The translations under genes and the position numbers were made by a program. From positions 1-64,000 of the forward strand of contig CAWAWS010000019.1 of the NCBI GenBank assembly GCA_963785725.1: 64,000 nt of DNA, in the 5' to 3' direction. Of this stretch, positions 21,301 through 31,764 are shown in pieces. Numbering within the stretch: the stretch's first letter is position 1; each line of letters opens with the position of its first letter. The DNA is from an uncultured delta proteobacterium. Lineage in GTDB: Bacteria > Myxococcota_A > Polyangia > Palsa-1104. A model generated the notes under the pieces. The model did not search any database, was not told where the DNA came from, and was given only the letters and a program-made list of their open reading frames with translations.

Positions 21301-21864
21301 ATGACGCTGTGGCAGCTGCGGCTCGACGAATTCCGTGACCAAACGGCCTCGGCCGCGCCCACGCCCGGCGGCGGCTCCGTCGCCTGCGTGTGCGCGACGC
21401 TCGGCGCCGGGCTCGTCATCATGGCCGGCGAGATCACGCGCAAGACCAACCCTTCGCCGGAATTAGATCGGCTGCTCGACGAATTGCGCGCGCTGTCGGC
21501 GCAGCTGTCGTCGTCGGCGGACGCGGACGTGGCCGTGTTCGCCGACTTCATGGCCGCGCTCAAGCTGCCGCGCGCCGACGACGCCGCCAAAGCCGCGCGC
21601 AAGCAAGCGATCGGTCGCGCCGCCGTCGCCGCCTGCGAAGCGCCGCTGGAGGCCGCGAGCGCCATGCGTCTGTGCCTGACGTTGACCGCGAACGGCGCCG
21701 CGCGCATCAAGCCCGAGGTCGAGAGCGACGTCAAAGCCGGCGCCGATCTCTTGCGCGGCGCGCTCACGGCCGTGCTCTACAATGTCGATATCAACTTGCC
21801 CTATGTGCCCGACGGCGACGTCAAACGCACGCTGATCGCGCGCCTCGACGAGCTGCGCCGTTAG
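21301..21864 (+). CDS. Cyclodeaminase/cyclohydrolase family protein (FTCD_C, FchA-like methenyl-THF cyclohydrolase)
   Basis: ASAAPTPGGGSVA, DADVAVF...ALKLPR, SDVKAG and NVDINL motifs. Confidence 0.85.
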   Translation: MTLWQLRLDEFRDQTASAAPTPGGGSVACVCATLGAGLVIMAGEITRKTNPSPELDRLLDELRALSAQLSSSADADVAVFADFMAALKLPRADDAAKAARKQAIGRAAVAACEAPLEAASAMRLCLTLTANGAARIKPEVESDVKAGADLLRGALTAVLYNVDINLPYVPDGDVKRTLIARLDELRR

Positions 21865-21866
21865 CG

Positions 21867-22775
21867 TCAGCCGCGAACGTTGCGGTAGAGGCGAACGGTG
21901 TTGCGCAGCGCCATCGTCACCGTCATCGGGCCGACGCGCGGGATGAACGTGCCCGCGACGCTGTCGATGTCGCCGTCGAAGTTCTTGGCGGTCGAGAAGT
22001 TGAGGCAGATGGCGCCGCGCTTGAGCTCGCCGCCGCGCACGAGCGGGAAGTCGTGCGACGGCACGCCGGTGACGACGATGTCGGCGTCGGCCAGCGCGGC
22101 CGCGCGATCGATCGTCGTCTCGCGGACGTCGTGCGCGCCGTCGCCGGCCGCCGCCGACGGCGTGAACGCGAGCGGCCCGTCGACATCGAACGACGTGACG
22201 TGAGCGCCGTCGTTGGCCAGCATGCTCGCCAGCGGCCGGCCGACCACTTCCGAGCGGTTGAAGACGACGGCCCGTCGCCCTTCGAGCGGCCGCTCGGCAC
22301 CTCGAACCGTCGCGCCCGCGACGTCGAGCAGCTTCATGATCGCCAGCGGCGTACAGGGCAGAATCGACTTCTTGGTCTTGGCGTCGTCCAAGAAGCGCCG
22401 ATTTTCATAGAGGCAGCGCGCCCAGAACGGATGCAGCCCTTCGATGTCCTTGCCCGGCTCGACGCGATCGCGCAAATAGGCGTCGTGCTCGGTGCCGAAC
22501 ACCGGGTAATAGACGAGCACGCCGTGCACGCCGGCGTCGGCGTTGGCCGCGCGAATGACCGACTCCACGTCGAGCCGTCGCACCTGCTTGAGCTCGAAGC
22601 GGACGCCGACGTCATCGCAGCCTTTGCGCGTATATTCCGCGTAGGTACGCGACGGGCGATGTTCATCGGCGAGCACGCCCCACAACACGAGCGGCTCGGG
22701 CAGCGCCGCCACTTCGGCGCGAATTTCGGCGCGAAAGGAGGCGGCAACTTCGGCGGGATCGATGACGCGGGCCAC
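21867..22775 (-). CDS. Methylene-THF dehydrogenase, FolD superfamily, resembling the monofunctional NAD-dependent yeast MTD1 type
   Basis: GVLVYYPVFG, KDIEGL, KSILPCTPLAI, NRSEVVGRPLASMLANDGA and VGPMTVTM motifs. The usual cyclohydrolase YxxxK motif is replaced by YAEYT. Confidence 0.85.
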   Translation of the reverse strand: MARVIDPAEVAASFRAEIRAEVAALPEPLVLWGVLADEHRPSRTYAEYTRKGCDDVGVRFELKQVRRLDVESVIRAANADAGVHGVLVYYPVFGTEHDAYLRDRVEPGKDIEGLHPFWARCLYENRRFLDDAKTKKSILPCTPLAIMKLLDVAGATVRGAERPLEGRRAVVFNRSEVVGRPLASMLANDGAHVTSFDVDGPLAFTPSAAAGDGAHDVRETTIDRAAALADADIVVTGVPSHDFPLVRGGELKRGAICLNFSTAKNFDGDIDSVAGTFIPRVGPMTVTMALRNTVRLYRNVRG

Positions 22776-22893
22776 GCCCGTTGATAAATCAGCGCCCGCC
22801 GTCACGCAACGTCAATCGGGCCCGAATATTCGACGCGGCCTAGAATAAATGACGGAGCGCCCGCGTCGGACCGTAACCGAGTGGAGGTGTGTG

Positions 22894-23502
22894 ATGCGGC
22901 GTTTGACCTTATTTGCCCTGTTGAGCCTGGCCGGATGCGCCACGACGATGCCTGTCGCCAAGGCGCCGACGCAGCATTTCACCGGCCAACCCTATAACGT
23001 CAGCGACGAAGGCCACCGCATCAGCGGCTCCGTCTGCGGCGTCAACATCGACTACTCGGTCGGCAAGAGCGGCGATTCCACGGTCCTCAACGGCTTCATG
23101 GGAACGGGCCGTACCGTCTACGTCGAGGTCGCGCCCACGGCCACCGGCCGCCACATCACGGGGACGCTCGGCGCGCGCACCGGCACCGGCGAAATCGACC
23201 TCTACGTCGACGGCAACAGCATCAAAGGACGCGCCGGCCAACGCAAGTTCGACCTGCACGGCGACGGCGACGTCTTCTCGGGCCCGATGACCGCGCTCAA
23301 CACCGTGGGCTGGGTGCCGGCGGTCGTCAACGGCCGCGGTGAGCTCGCCAACATGCCGAGCGCCGACATGGGCGCCATCTTGCCGCCGCTGCTCAACTGC
23401 TCGGCGCCCATCGGTCGCGTCGGCGCCGTGCGCAGCGGCATGATGGTCAGCATCGGCGGCCCTGCCGGCTACGACACGCGCCAATCGAACGAGCTACACT
23501 GA
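22894..23502 (+). CDS. Lipoprotein of unknown function
   Basis: RBS GGAGG; MRRLTLFALLSLAGC lipobox; beta-rich sequence. Confidence 0.75.
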   Translation: MRRLTLFALLSLAGCATTMPVAKAPTQHFTGQPYNVSDEGHRISGSVCGVNIDYSVGKSGDSTVLNGFMGTGRTVYVEVAPTATGRHITGTLGARTGTGEIDLYVDGNSIKGRAGQRKFDLHGDGDVFSGPMTALNTVGWVPAVVNGRGELANMPSADMGAILPPLLNCSAPIGRVGAVRSGMMVSIGGPAGYDTRQSNELH

Positions 23503-23520
23503 AGTAACCGCTTCAGTATC
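23496..23520. repeat. REP-like palindromic element, copy 1
   Basis: ACACTGAAGTAACCGCTTCAGTATC with stem ACTGAAG/CTTCAGT; matches the copy at 31765 in 24 of 25 positions. Confidence 0.65.
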
Positions 23521-23533
23521 ATCGCGGCCCGAA

Positions 23534-23899
23534 TCAGCCGTGATAGACGCGTGAGGCGACGATTTTGCCGTCGCGGACGTCGAAGGCTTCGGCGACCGGC
23601 ATCGGCGGCTCGTTGGGCGCATGGCGCATGTATTCGATGATGACGCGCTCGCCGTCGGCGACGATGGCGGTCGGCTCGTAGCGCAGGTTGGGCAGACGGC
23701 GATTGGCGTCGCGCCACCACGCCGCCAGCGCCGCTTTGCCGACGAGCTTGCCGCCGGTGTCGGGATGCAGCGCGCGAATCTTCGGCGACGTATGAGTCGC
23801 GTCCTCGGCGTAGAGCGCGACCAGCGCATCGACGTCGTACGCGTTGAACGCGGCGAGCCAGGCGCGCCCGATGGCCAGGTTGGCGGCATGTTCGATCAT
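23534..23899 (-). CDS. SnoaL-like/NTF2 family protein
   Basis: WLAAFNAYDVDALVALYAEDA and FDVRDGKIVASRVY motifs. Confidence 0.85.
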   Translation of the reverse strand: MIEHAANLAIGRAWLAAFNAYDVDALVALYAEDATHTSPKIRALHPDTGGKLVGKAALAAWWRDANRRLPNLRYEPTAIVADGERVIIEYMRHAPNEPPMPVAEAFDVRDGKIVASRVYHG

Positions 23900-24084
23900 G
23901 CGCGCATCATACCGGCGTTCGCACGCCAGCGTATTTCGACTACGACAGCCCGCCACGATCGCGGCGATCCCCCGTTAGATTAAGCAGTTACTCGTCATTC
24001 GCGGGACGTCGGCGCGGGCGATCCGAAAGAGTTTTGACGCCGTTTCCTGCGAGACGCGGCGACAGTTGTGATTATGCTGCGCGC

Positions 24085-24858
24085 ATGGATTACAAGCGCG
24101 CGCTCATCACCGGCGCCTCGAGCGGAATCGGCTTGCACCTGGCGCGGCGGCTGGCCAAGCGCGGCATCGAAGTGTGGCTGGCGGCGCGCCGCGTCGAGCT
24201 GCTCACGCAAGAGGTCGACGCCATCAACGCCGCGGGCGGTCGCGCGCACGCCATCGTGCTCGACATCGCCGACGTCGACACCACCGTCGAGAAGCTGGCG
24301 GCGCTCGACAGCGAGGTCGGCGGCTTCGATCTCGTCGTCGCCAACGCCGGCATGGCCGGCAAGCGCGGCGCCATCCCGCTGCCCGAGTGCTCGTGGGCCG
24401 ATGTCCGCGACATGCTGCACACCAACCTCATCGGCAGCGTGGCGACGATCTATCCGTTCGTGAAGCCGATGGTGGCGCGCGGTCGCGGCCATCTCGTCGC
24501 CGTCTCCAGCATCAGCGCCGACTGTCCGATCGCGCGCGGCGCACCGTACGGCGCCTCCAAGAAAGGGCTCAGCTTCTTCTTGGAGTCGGCCGATCTGGAG
24601 TTGCGGGCCCGCGGCGTGGCCGTCACGATCGTGCATCCCGGCTTCACCAAGACCGCGGCCACCGACGAGCTGCAAGGCCTGGCGCCGATGCCGTTCATGG
24701 TGCCGGTCGAGCGCGCGGCGCGGATCATCGAGCGCGGCATCGATCGCAAGTCGCGCATGGTGCGTTTCCCGTGGATCCTCGGCTTCGTCGCGCGCGTGAC
24801 GGCGGCGCTGCCGCGCTGGATCATGGCGCCGCTCATTCGCCGCACGAGCGGCGGCTGA
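24085..24858 (+). CDS. Short-chain dehydrogenase/reductase
   Basis: ITGASSGIG, ANAG, YGASK (YxxxK) and HPGFTKT motifs. Confidence 0.9.
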   Translation: MDYKRALITGASSGIGLHLARRLAKRGIEVWLAARRVELLTQEVDAINAAGGRAHAIVLDIADVDTTVEKLAALDSEVGGFDLVVANAGMAGKRGAIPLPECSWADVRDMLHTNLIGSVATIYPFVKPMVARGRGHLVAVSSISADCPIARGAPYGASKKGLSFFLESADLELRARGVAVTIVHPGFTKTAATDELQGLAPMPFMVPVERAARIIERGIDRKSRMVRFPWILGFVARVTAALPRWIMAPLIRRTSGG

Positions 24859-24914
24859 TTCGAGGCTCAGTTGGGCGGCACGCAACTTTTACGGCGCGCA
24901 CCCGATAATCGAAT

Positions 24915-25127
24915 ATGACCTCGAGACGGCGCTGGTGGGCGGGACGCTGCGCGATGCTGGCTTCGTTGGGCCACGCGGCCGGCTTTCGCCGGCTCGCCGA
25001 CGAGCACTACGACGAGCTCGTGCGCGCGCTGCTCGACGATCGGTACGAGGTCGTGTGGTCGGGCGCGCAGCCGCAACGGCTGACGCCGCTACCCGACGAG
25101 CCCGCCGACCAGATCTTGTGGGCCTGA
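24915..25127 (+). CDS. Small hypothetical protein
   Basis: The ORF fills an intergenic gap, has GC-rich third codon positions, and has GATAAT shortly upstream. No recognised motif. Confidence 0.4.
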   Translation: MTSRRRWWAGRCAMLASLGHAAGFRRLADEHYDELVRALLDDRYEVVWSGAQPQRLTPLPDEPADQILWA

Positions 25128-25219
25128 CTTCGGCGCGAGCTTCGTAACGAGTTTCGCGGGGTTGCTCAGGACGCGCGTGCGCCACGCAACTTCTGCCGAC
25201 ATTGACCGATAACGTTTTC

Positions 25220-26059
25220 ATGTTGGTCCTCCCGAAGACGTTCGCGTTCGCTGCCGCGATTGTCGTGTCCGTCGGGATCGTCGCGCACGCGGACCCGGCG
25301 GCATCGGCCGCGGCCCATCGACGAGCGGTGACCGCCAACACGCAAGGCTGGCGCTACTTCAACGCCGGGCAGCTGCCGCGGGCGGCGATGCGCTTTCGTG
25401 ACGCGCTGGCGCTCGATCCCGATTACGTGTTGGCGCACTACAATTTAGCCTGCGTGTCGTCGCGGCTGCGCGAAGCGGCGGTGGCGATCGACGAGCTGCG
25501 CTGGCTGGCGGCGTCGGCGGATCCGCTGGCGAAGTCCAAGCTCGACAAAGGCGCGAGCGATCCCGATCTCGACTTCGTCTCGGCGTTGCCGGGTGCGCGC
25601 GAGCTCCTGCAGCTGTCGCCGGCGACGCCGAACGCGGACAAGACGCCGCTGGCCTGGCTGAGCGAGCGGCATGGCGTGTGGTCGGCCGAGCAGCCGACGT
25701 CGGATTGCGCCGAGCGGTCCTATCGCTTCGCGTTCGCCGCCGACGGCACGCTGCAGCTGACGGTGCGCGAGGCCTGCGCCGGCGAATCGGTGCGCACGCG
25801 CGTCTTCGACGGTAAACTAACGAGCGACGGGGAGCTGCGCGTGGCCGTGCCGAGCTGGTCGCAGTGGCCGGCGCTGGTTCGGCTCGACTTCGTCGCCTGC
25901 CCGGGTCTCGACGACGCGCCCAGCTCCTGCTTTCGGCTGGCGAGCGACAAGAGCGAGCTGGGGCCGTTTCATCGCGGCCTGCCCGGCATGAGCCCGATGC
26001 GCGCGCGCCGCGACGTCGCCGCCGCTCTGCCCGAAGCGTCGGCGGCGGCGACGGAGTAA
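25220..26059 (+). CDS. Secreted TPR-containing protein
   Basis: Signal peptide; ALALDPDYVLAHYNLACVSS TPR; DPDLDF motif. Confidence 0.75.
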   Translation: MLVLPKTFAFAAAIVVSVGIVAHADPAASAAAHRRAVTANTQGWRYFNAGQLPRAAMRFRDALALDPDYVLAHYNLACVSSRLREAAVAIDELRWLAASADPLAKSKLDKGASDPDLDFVSALPGARELLQLSPATPNADKTPLAWLSERHGVWSAEQPTSDCAERSYRFAFAADGTLQLTVREACAGESVRTRVFDGKLTSDGELRVAVPSWSQWPALVRLDFVACPGLDDAPSSCFRLASDKSELGPFHRGLPGMSPMRARRDVAAALPEASAAATE

Positions 26060-26143
26060 CCACGGCAGCGACGGCAGCGCCGCGCGGACGCGCCGCAGCA
26101 GCGACGACAGAGAGCGCGACGGGCGACGATCCGCTAGGCTCGG

Positions 26144-26959
26144 ATGATGACGCTGCCTCGCTTACACCTCTTCGAGTTCAATGACGTCGATTGGGCGCCC
26201 AAAGCGCTGCGCGACACCATCGTCGAATCGCTGAGCCGCACGCTGCAATGGGGTCATCTGCTCGAAGGTTTGGTGGCGCCGTTCGAGGCGTTCGTCGACG
26301 CCGCGGGCGTGACCGAAGTGCTCGACGTCTGCGCCGGCGCCGCCGGTCCGGCGCGCATCCTGTGCGACGAGATTCGCCGCGCCGGTCGCACGCCGCCGCA
26401 CTTCTGGCTGACCGACCTGCACCCGCAGCTCGACGCCTGGGAAGAGGCGCGCTTTCACTTGCCGCACGACATCCACTTCGTCGCCCAGCCGGTCGACGCG
26501 ACGCGCATTCCGGCGAGCGTGGCCGCCGGTCGAGCGCGCGTGCTCATCAACGCCTTCCACCACTTTCCGCCCGAGCTCGCGCGGGGCATTCTCGCCGACG
26601 CCGTCGAAGGCTCGGCGGGCGTGTTCATCGCCGAAGCGTGGGATCGCAACCCCTTGCGCTTCGCGTCGTTCGTGCCGATCGGCTCGTTGGCGCTGGCGAT
26701 GAACCCGTTCTTGAGCACGCGCAATCGGCTGCAAAAGGCGCTGCTGACGTTCGCCAGCCCGGTCGTCGTCGCCGCCTCGATCTGGGACGGCCTCGTGAGC
26801 ACGATGCGCACCTACGAACGCGAGGAGTTGGAGGCGATGGTCGCGCCGTTCGGCGATCGCTTCGTCTGGACGTGGGGCCGCCATGACGGCGCCGGCTACT
26901 ACTTTTACGGCGTGCCGCGCGACGCGAAGCGCACCGCCATCGCCTCCGCCAGCGCCTGA
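26144..26959 (+). CDS. Class I SAM-dependent methyltransferase-like protein
   Basis: PRLHLFEF, VLDVCAGAAGP, LTDLHP, NAFHHF and WDGLVSTMRTY motifs. Confidence 0.75.
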   Translation: MMTLPRLHLFEFNDVDWAPKALRDTIVESLSRTLQWGHLLEGLVAPFEAFVDAAGVTEVLDVCAGAAGPARILCDEIRRAGRTPPHFWLTDLHPQLDAWEEARFHLPHDIHFVAQPVDATRIPASVAAGRARVLINAFHHFPPELARGILADAVEGSAGVFIAEAWDRNPLRFASFVPIGSLALAMNPFLSTRNRLQKALLTFASPVVVAASIWDGLVSTMRTYEREELEAMVAPFGDRFVWTWGRHDGAGYYFYGVPRDAKRTAIASASA

Positions 26960-27279
26960 AGCCCCGACAGCGGCCGCACCAGCACCGTCAGCTTCGCGAT
27001 CTTCCCGGCCGCGTCGAGCTCGATGAGATCGACGCCTTCGAGCTGACGATCGCCGATGTGCGCCGTGAAGCGCAGCGCGCTGTGGCCTCCATGCTCCAGC
27101 TCGTCGATGTACGCGAAGTCTTCGAACACCGTCGCTACCGTGGCCAAGATCCAGCCCACCTGATCGCGACCGCGATGCGGCTTGTGCGACACCGGGCTGT
27201 GAAACACGACGTCGTCCGCGAGCAGCGCCGCCACGGCAGCGAGATCGCGCGCTTCGATGGCCTGACGAAAGGCTCTCAT
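26905..27279 (-). CDS. SnoaL-like/NTF2 family protein
   Basis: LLADDVVFHSPV, EGVDLIELDAAGKI and VRPLSGL motifs. Confidence 0.85.
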   Translation of the reverse strand: MRAFRQAIEARDLAAVAALLADDVVFHSPVSHKPHRGRDQVGWILATVATVFEDFAYIDELEHGGHSALRFTAHIGDRQLEGVDLIELDAAGKIAKLTVLVRPLSGLQALAEAMAVRFASRGTP

Positions 27280-27322
27280 GCCTCGTTCATAACGCCGATT
27301 GTCGGTGTCACCAACTCGCGAA

Positions 27323-28813
27323 TCAGGCCTGGCGCGGCAGGATGATGCGGAACGTCGTGCCGGCTTCGGCGCTGGAGGTGAGCTCGACGCGGCCGCCGTG
27401 CGCGCGCACGACGTGCTCGACGATGAAGAGGCCGAGGCCGACGCCGCCTTCGCTCGCCTCGACGCCGCGGCGGAAGGGCTCGAACAGCCGCTCCCGCTCG
27501 CTGCTGTCGAGGATGGGCCGGCCGCCGTTGTGGACGCTCAGCTCGACGGCATCGATGGTCTCGCCGAGGCGCACCTCGATCGGCGTCTCGCGGCCGCCAT
27601 GCTCGACGGCGTTGCCGATGAGGTTCGACAGCACCTGCGCCAGGCGATCGGGATCGAACGCGCCCACGCCATCGCCCGCGAAATGGGCCACGATTCGCCG
27701 CTCGGGATGCGCCAGCGCCAGCTCGGCCACGACGTCGGCGCAGATCGACCGCAAGGCGACGTTGGGCTGCCGCGCCACCGGCAGCTCGCCACCGGCACGC
27801 ACCCGCGAGAAGTCGAGCAGGTCGGAGATCATCCGCCGCATGCGCGCGACGCTGCCTTGCACGAGCGTGACCAGCTCTTGCTGCAGCGGCGACAGGCCAT
27901 GACGCACGAGCCTGAGCGCGGCCATGGCGATCGCCGACAGCGGATTGCGCAGGTCGTGACCGAGCACGCCCATGACGCGCTCACGCTCCTCGCCGCGCCG
28001 GCGCAGCTCGGCCTCCAGGCGCAGGCGATCGGTCTCGTCGCGGGTGATGATCATGGCGCCGGCGGGCGTGCCGTCGACATGGGTCAGCGGCGTGGCCGTG
28101 CCCGACAAGATGCGCTCGCGGCCGTCGGGCCGGCGGACCATCCAGCGCGCGTCGGTGACGCGCTCGCCGAGTAGCGCGCGATGCAGCGGCGTCTCGGCGA
28201 ACTGCAGCGGCCGACCGTCGAGATGATAGAGCCCGTAGGTGCTGGCCCAGTCTTCTTTGGCGACGCCGGCCTTGGAGACGCCGTGCTGCTCGATGGCGCT
28301 CGGGTTGAAGATGCGTACGACCGAGTCGCTGTCGGCGACGATGATGCCGTCACCCGACTGCGCGACGATCGCTTCCAGCATCTCCTGCCGCTCGACCTCG
28401 GCGGTCACGTCCTTGAAGATGACGGCGATGTGGGCGATGCGCCCGTCGGCGTCGGGGAGCGGAAAGAACGTCGAGGTCATGGCGAGGCGACGGCCCTCGG
28501 CGACCTTGATCGTCGTCAGCTCGCGCGGGTCGTACCACACCATCGGCGTGCGGATGGTCTCGCCGGCGAAGGCGCGCTCGATGAGCGGCAAGACGCCACG
28601 CGCGCGGGCGATGTCGTCTTGCAGCACGTTGTACTCGGGCGGCGGCTCGGAGCCGAACATCTCGCGGAAGGCGTCGTTGACGAGCAGGCTGCGGCCGTCG
28701 GCGCGATAGACTTGGAAGCCGACCGGCGCGTGCGCGAACACGCCGGCCAAGAGCGTCAACGGATCGCCAAAGCTTCCGAGCTGTTTGCGCAGCTCTTCCA
28801 GACCATCCGGCAC
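27323..28813 (-). CDS. Cytoplasmic PAS-PAS sensor histidine kinase
   Basis: Two PAS domains, H-box GHDLRNPL, N-box NLIGNA, G2 box GLGLFIV. Confidence 0.9.
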   Translation of the reverse strand: MPDGLEELRKQLGSFGDPLTLLAGVFAHAPVGFQVYRADGRSLLVNDAFREMFGSEPPPEYNVLQDDIARARGVLPLIERAFAGETIRTPMVWYDPRELTTIKVAEGRRLAMTSTFFPLPDADGRIAHIAVIFKDVTAEVERQEMLEAIVAQSGDGIIVADSDSVVRIFNPSAIEQHGVSKAGVAKEDWASTYGLYHLDGRPLQFAETPLHRALLGERVTDARWMVRRPDGRERILSGTATPLTHVDGTPAGAMIITRDETDRLRLEAELRRRGEERERVMGVLGHDLRNPLSAIAMAALRLVRHGLSPLQQELVTLVQGSVARMRRMISDLLDFSRVRAGGELPVARQPNVALRSICADVVAELALAHPERRIVAHFAGDGVGAFDPDRLAQVLSNLIGNAVEHGGRETPIEVRLGETIDAVELSVHNGGRPILDSSERERLFEPFRRGVEASEGGVGLGLFIVEHVVRAHGGRVELTSSAEAGTTFRIILPRQA

Positions 28814-28950
28814 GCGCGAGTTATAGCCGGAGCGCGCGGCGAATCAATGAAATCGCGACGAAGTCGTAGGTGACGAGGAAAACTAGAGGGGTCTATGAAC
28901 GGCGAAGTGCGCGCCGGGCGGGCCAACCCGCGCCGGCGCCGCTGACCGGC

Positions 28951-30283
28951 TTACACGCGTTCGAGGACCGCGGCGGCGCCGAGACCGCCGGCGGCGCAGA
29001 TGCCGAGCAGCGCCGTCGACTTGCCGCTGGCCGCGAGCTCGTTGGCCATCGTCGTCACCATGCGCGCGCCGGTGGCGCCGAAGGGGTGGCCGAGCGCCAG
29101 CGAGCCGCCGTGGACGTTGAGGCGCGCCGGATCGACTTCGCCGACGGCCTCGTCGCGACCGAGGCGGCTCTGCGCGAACGCCTTCGAGCCCAGCATCTTG
29201 AGGACGCTCAGGACCTGCGCCGCGAAGGCCTCGTGCATGTCGACGAGATCGATGTCCGACAGCTTCAAGCCCGCGCGCTCGAGCGCCTTGGGCATCGCCA
29301 GCGCCGGGCCCATGAGCAGCTGGTCGGCCGGGTCGACGCCGACGTACGCCCAGCACTTGACCGCCGCGAGCGGCTTTAGGCCGAGCGCCTTGGCCTTCTC
29401 TTCGCTCATCAGCAGCACCGCGGCGGCGCCGTCGGTGAGCGGGCTGGAGTTGCCGGCGGTGACGCGTGCCGTCCTTGCGGAAGACGGGGCGCAGCTTGGC
29501 GAGCTTCTCGACGGACGTGTCGGCGCGAACGAGGCCGTCGGCGTGGACCCACTTGCCGCCGGGCGTCGATGGCCGCGACCTCCTCGTCGAAGCGGCCGGA
29601 CGCGATGGCCGCGGCGGCGCGATGGTGCGAGCGGACGGCGAACTCGTCCTGCGCGTCGCGCGCGATCTCGTTGCGGCGGCCATGTCGTCGGCGGACTCGC
29701 CCATGACCTCGCCGGTCGTGCGCTCGGCGATCTTGGGACGCGTCGGCAGGATCTCGTTCAGCGGCCACATCTGCCCGAGGACGCCGAGGTAGTCGGCCGG
29801 CGTCGGCTTGCCGAGCGCCAGCGGCGCCAGCGCGTGCACGACCTTCTGCGGCAGCTTGATCTCGGCGTTGCTCGTCGAGTCGCAGCCGCCGCAGATGATG
29901 ACGTCGCTGTCGCCGCGCTCGATGGCGGCGGCGGCGGTCGTGATCGCCTGCAGGCCCGAGGCGCAGGCGCGCGTGACGGTCATGCCTTCGACCGACGCGG
30001 GCAGCTTGAGGTCGAGCGCGATCTCGCGCGCGACGTTGGGCGACGCGCCCGGCAGGATGACGCCGCCCCAAATGATGGCGTCGATCTCTTTGCGCGCGAT
30101 GCCGCTGCGCTCGAGCAGCGCTCCGACGGCGGCGACGCCGAGCGCGATGGTGTCGACCTTCATGAGCGGGCCGAACGCCTTGACGAACGGCGTGCGCACG
30201 CCGGCGACGACGACCGCGCGCCGCGAAGTGGACGCGCTCGCGCTGCCGTTGCCGCTATTGCTGTTGCTCTTCTGCTTGGCCAT
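28951..30283 (-). CDS. Acetyl-CoA C-acyltransferase (thiolase, FadI/FadA2-like), several indels between 29460 and 29690
   Basis: [28 protein letters not shown] and GICAAGG motifs, split over several frames. Confidence 0.9.
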
Positions 30284-30298
30284 GTTCGCTGACTCCTG

Positions 30299-31744
30299 TT
30301 ACGCGCCGATGAGGGCGCCGCCGCAGACGCGGATGCTTGCCCGGTGAATCCCTGCGCGCCGGGCGTCGCAAGGAAGGTGATGGCCTCGCCGACGTCCTCG
30401 CGGCAGCCCGCCCTGACCGAGCGCCGCCAAGCGCCGGCCGGCCTCGCGAATCGCGACGGGAATCGCCGCCGTCAGGCGCGTCTCGATGAAGCCGGGCGCG
30501 ATGGCGTTGACGGTGATGCCGCGCGCCGCCAACGTCGGCGCCAGCGCGCGCACGAAGCCGACGACGCCCGCCTTCGACGCCGCGTAGTTCGTCTGCCCGA
30601 CGTTGCCGGCGAGACCGGCGATCGACGACAGGCAGACGACGCGCCCGCCGTCGCGCAAGACGCCCGACTTCGACAGCTCGTCGGTGATGCGCGCCACCGA
30701 CGCCAGGTTGACCGCGATCGCTTGGTCCCACAGCTCCGGCTTCATCTTCGCCAGCGTCTTGTCGCGCGTGATGCCGGCGTTGTGCACGACCACGTCGACG
30801 CCGCCGTGCCGCTCCTTGAGCGCGGCCGCGATCTTCTTGCGGCGCGTCCGCGATCGCCGACGTCGGCGAGGAGCACGCTGCCGCCGATGCTGCGCGCGAC
30901 CTGGCTCGTCGGCGCGTCGTCGGCCGGGCGATCGAGGCACGACCACCTTCGCGCCTTCGGCCGCGAGCAGGCGCGCGGTCGCTTCGCCGATGCCGCGCGC
31001 CGCGCCGGTGACGAGCGCCGTCTTGCCTTCGAGCGGCCGCACCCACGGCGTCTCCGCTTCGGTCGCGCCCGCGGGCGCCGCGGTCAGGCTGACGCGCATC
31101 GGCTGCGCGGTCACGAACGCCGAGCGCGCCGACAAGAGCCAACGCAGCGGCCCGACGAGCCGCGCCGACGCATCGGCATCGACGCGCAAGAGATTCGCCG
31201 TCGCGCCCTTGCGGCCGATCTCCTTGGCCAAGCTGCGCACGAAGCCTTCGAGGCCCGCTTGCGCCGTCTGCGCGGCTACGCCTTCGACGTCTTCGGGCGC
31301 GCGACCGAGCACGACCACGCGTCCCGAGCGGCGCAAGGTGCCGACGAGCGGATGAAAGAAGTCGTAGAGCGCGCGCAGCTTGTCGGGAGAATCGATGGTC
31401 GTGCCGTCGAACACCAGCGCGGCCGCCGACGGCGCGTTGGCGACATCGGTCAGCGTCTTGGCCGGATGGCCCCAGGCTTCACCGGCGTCGGCGAACGCTT
31501 TGCCGTCGATCGTCCCGAACAGCCAGGGGTCGGCGCCGGCCGCGGCCAGCGTCTTGGCGACGATCGGCGTCAACAGCGACGGCGCCGCGGCACCGACGAT
31601 GACGGCGCGCCCTTGCAGCGGCCGCTCTTCGGCCGGACCTTTGGCGCGCTCGAGCGCCTGCGGCAACGGCAGCGGCAGGCCCAACGTCTGAATCAGCTTC
31701 CGCGTCTGCGGATTCTTCGAAAGCTCGAGTAAGAGATCGCTCAT
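30299..31744 (-). CDS. High-molecular-weight 3-oxoacyl-ACP/CoA reductase (FabG4-like), compensating indels
   Basis: Extra N-terminal domain plus an SDR domain (VTGAARGIG, HNAGITRD, NYAASK, APGFIET). Confidence 0.85.
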   Translation of the reverse strand: MSDLLLELSKNPQTRKLIQTLGLPLPLPQALERAKGPAEERPLQGRAVIVGAAAPSLLTPIVAKTLAAAGADPWLFGTIDGKAFADAGEAWGHPAKTLTDVANAPSAAALVFDGTTIDSPDKLRALYDFFHPLVGTLRRSGRVVVLGRAPEDVEGVAAQTAQAGLEGFVRSLAKEIGRKGATANLLRVDADASARLVGPLRWLLSARSAFVTAQPMRVSLTAAPAGATEAETPWVRPLEGKTALVTGAARGIGEATARLLAAEGAKVVVPRSPGRRRADEPGRAQHRRQRAPRRRRRSRTRRKKIAAALKERHGGVDVVVHNAGITRDKTLAKMKPELWDQAIAVNLASVARITDELSKSGVLRDGGRVVCLSSIAGLAGNVGQTNYAASKAGVVGFVRALAPTLAARGITVNAIAPGFIETRLTAAIPVAIREAGRRLAALGQGGLPRGRRRGHHLPCDARRAGIHRASIRVCGGALIGA

Positions 31745-31764
31745 GGCCTAATCCTCCAAGCGGA

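Noticed and set aside
23945..24020. Possible riboswitch or ncRNA between the SnoaL and SDR genes
   Set aside because: Only short GC-rich stems and no recognisable aptamer motif; both flanking genes appear leaderless.
28951..31744. Pseudogenisation or programmed frameshifting of the thiolase and reductase
   Set aside because: Indels occur throughout the window without obvious slippery sites, and catalytic residues are intact; sequencing error is simpler.
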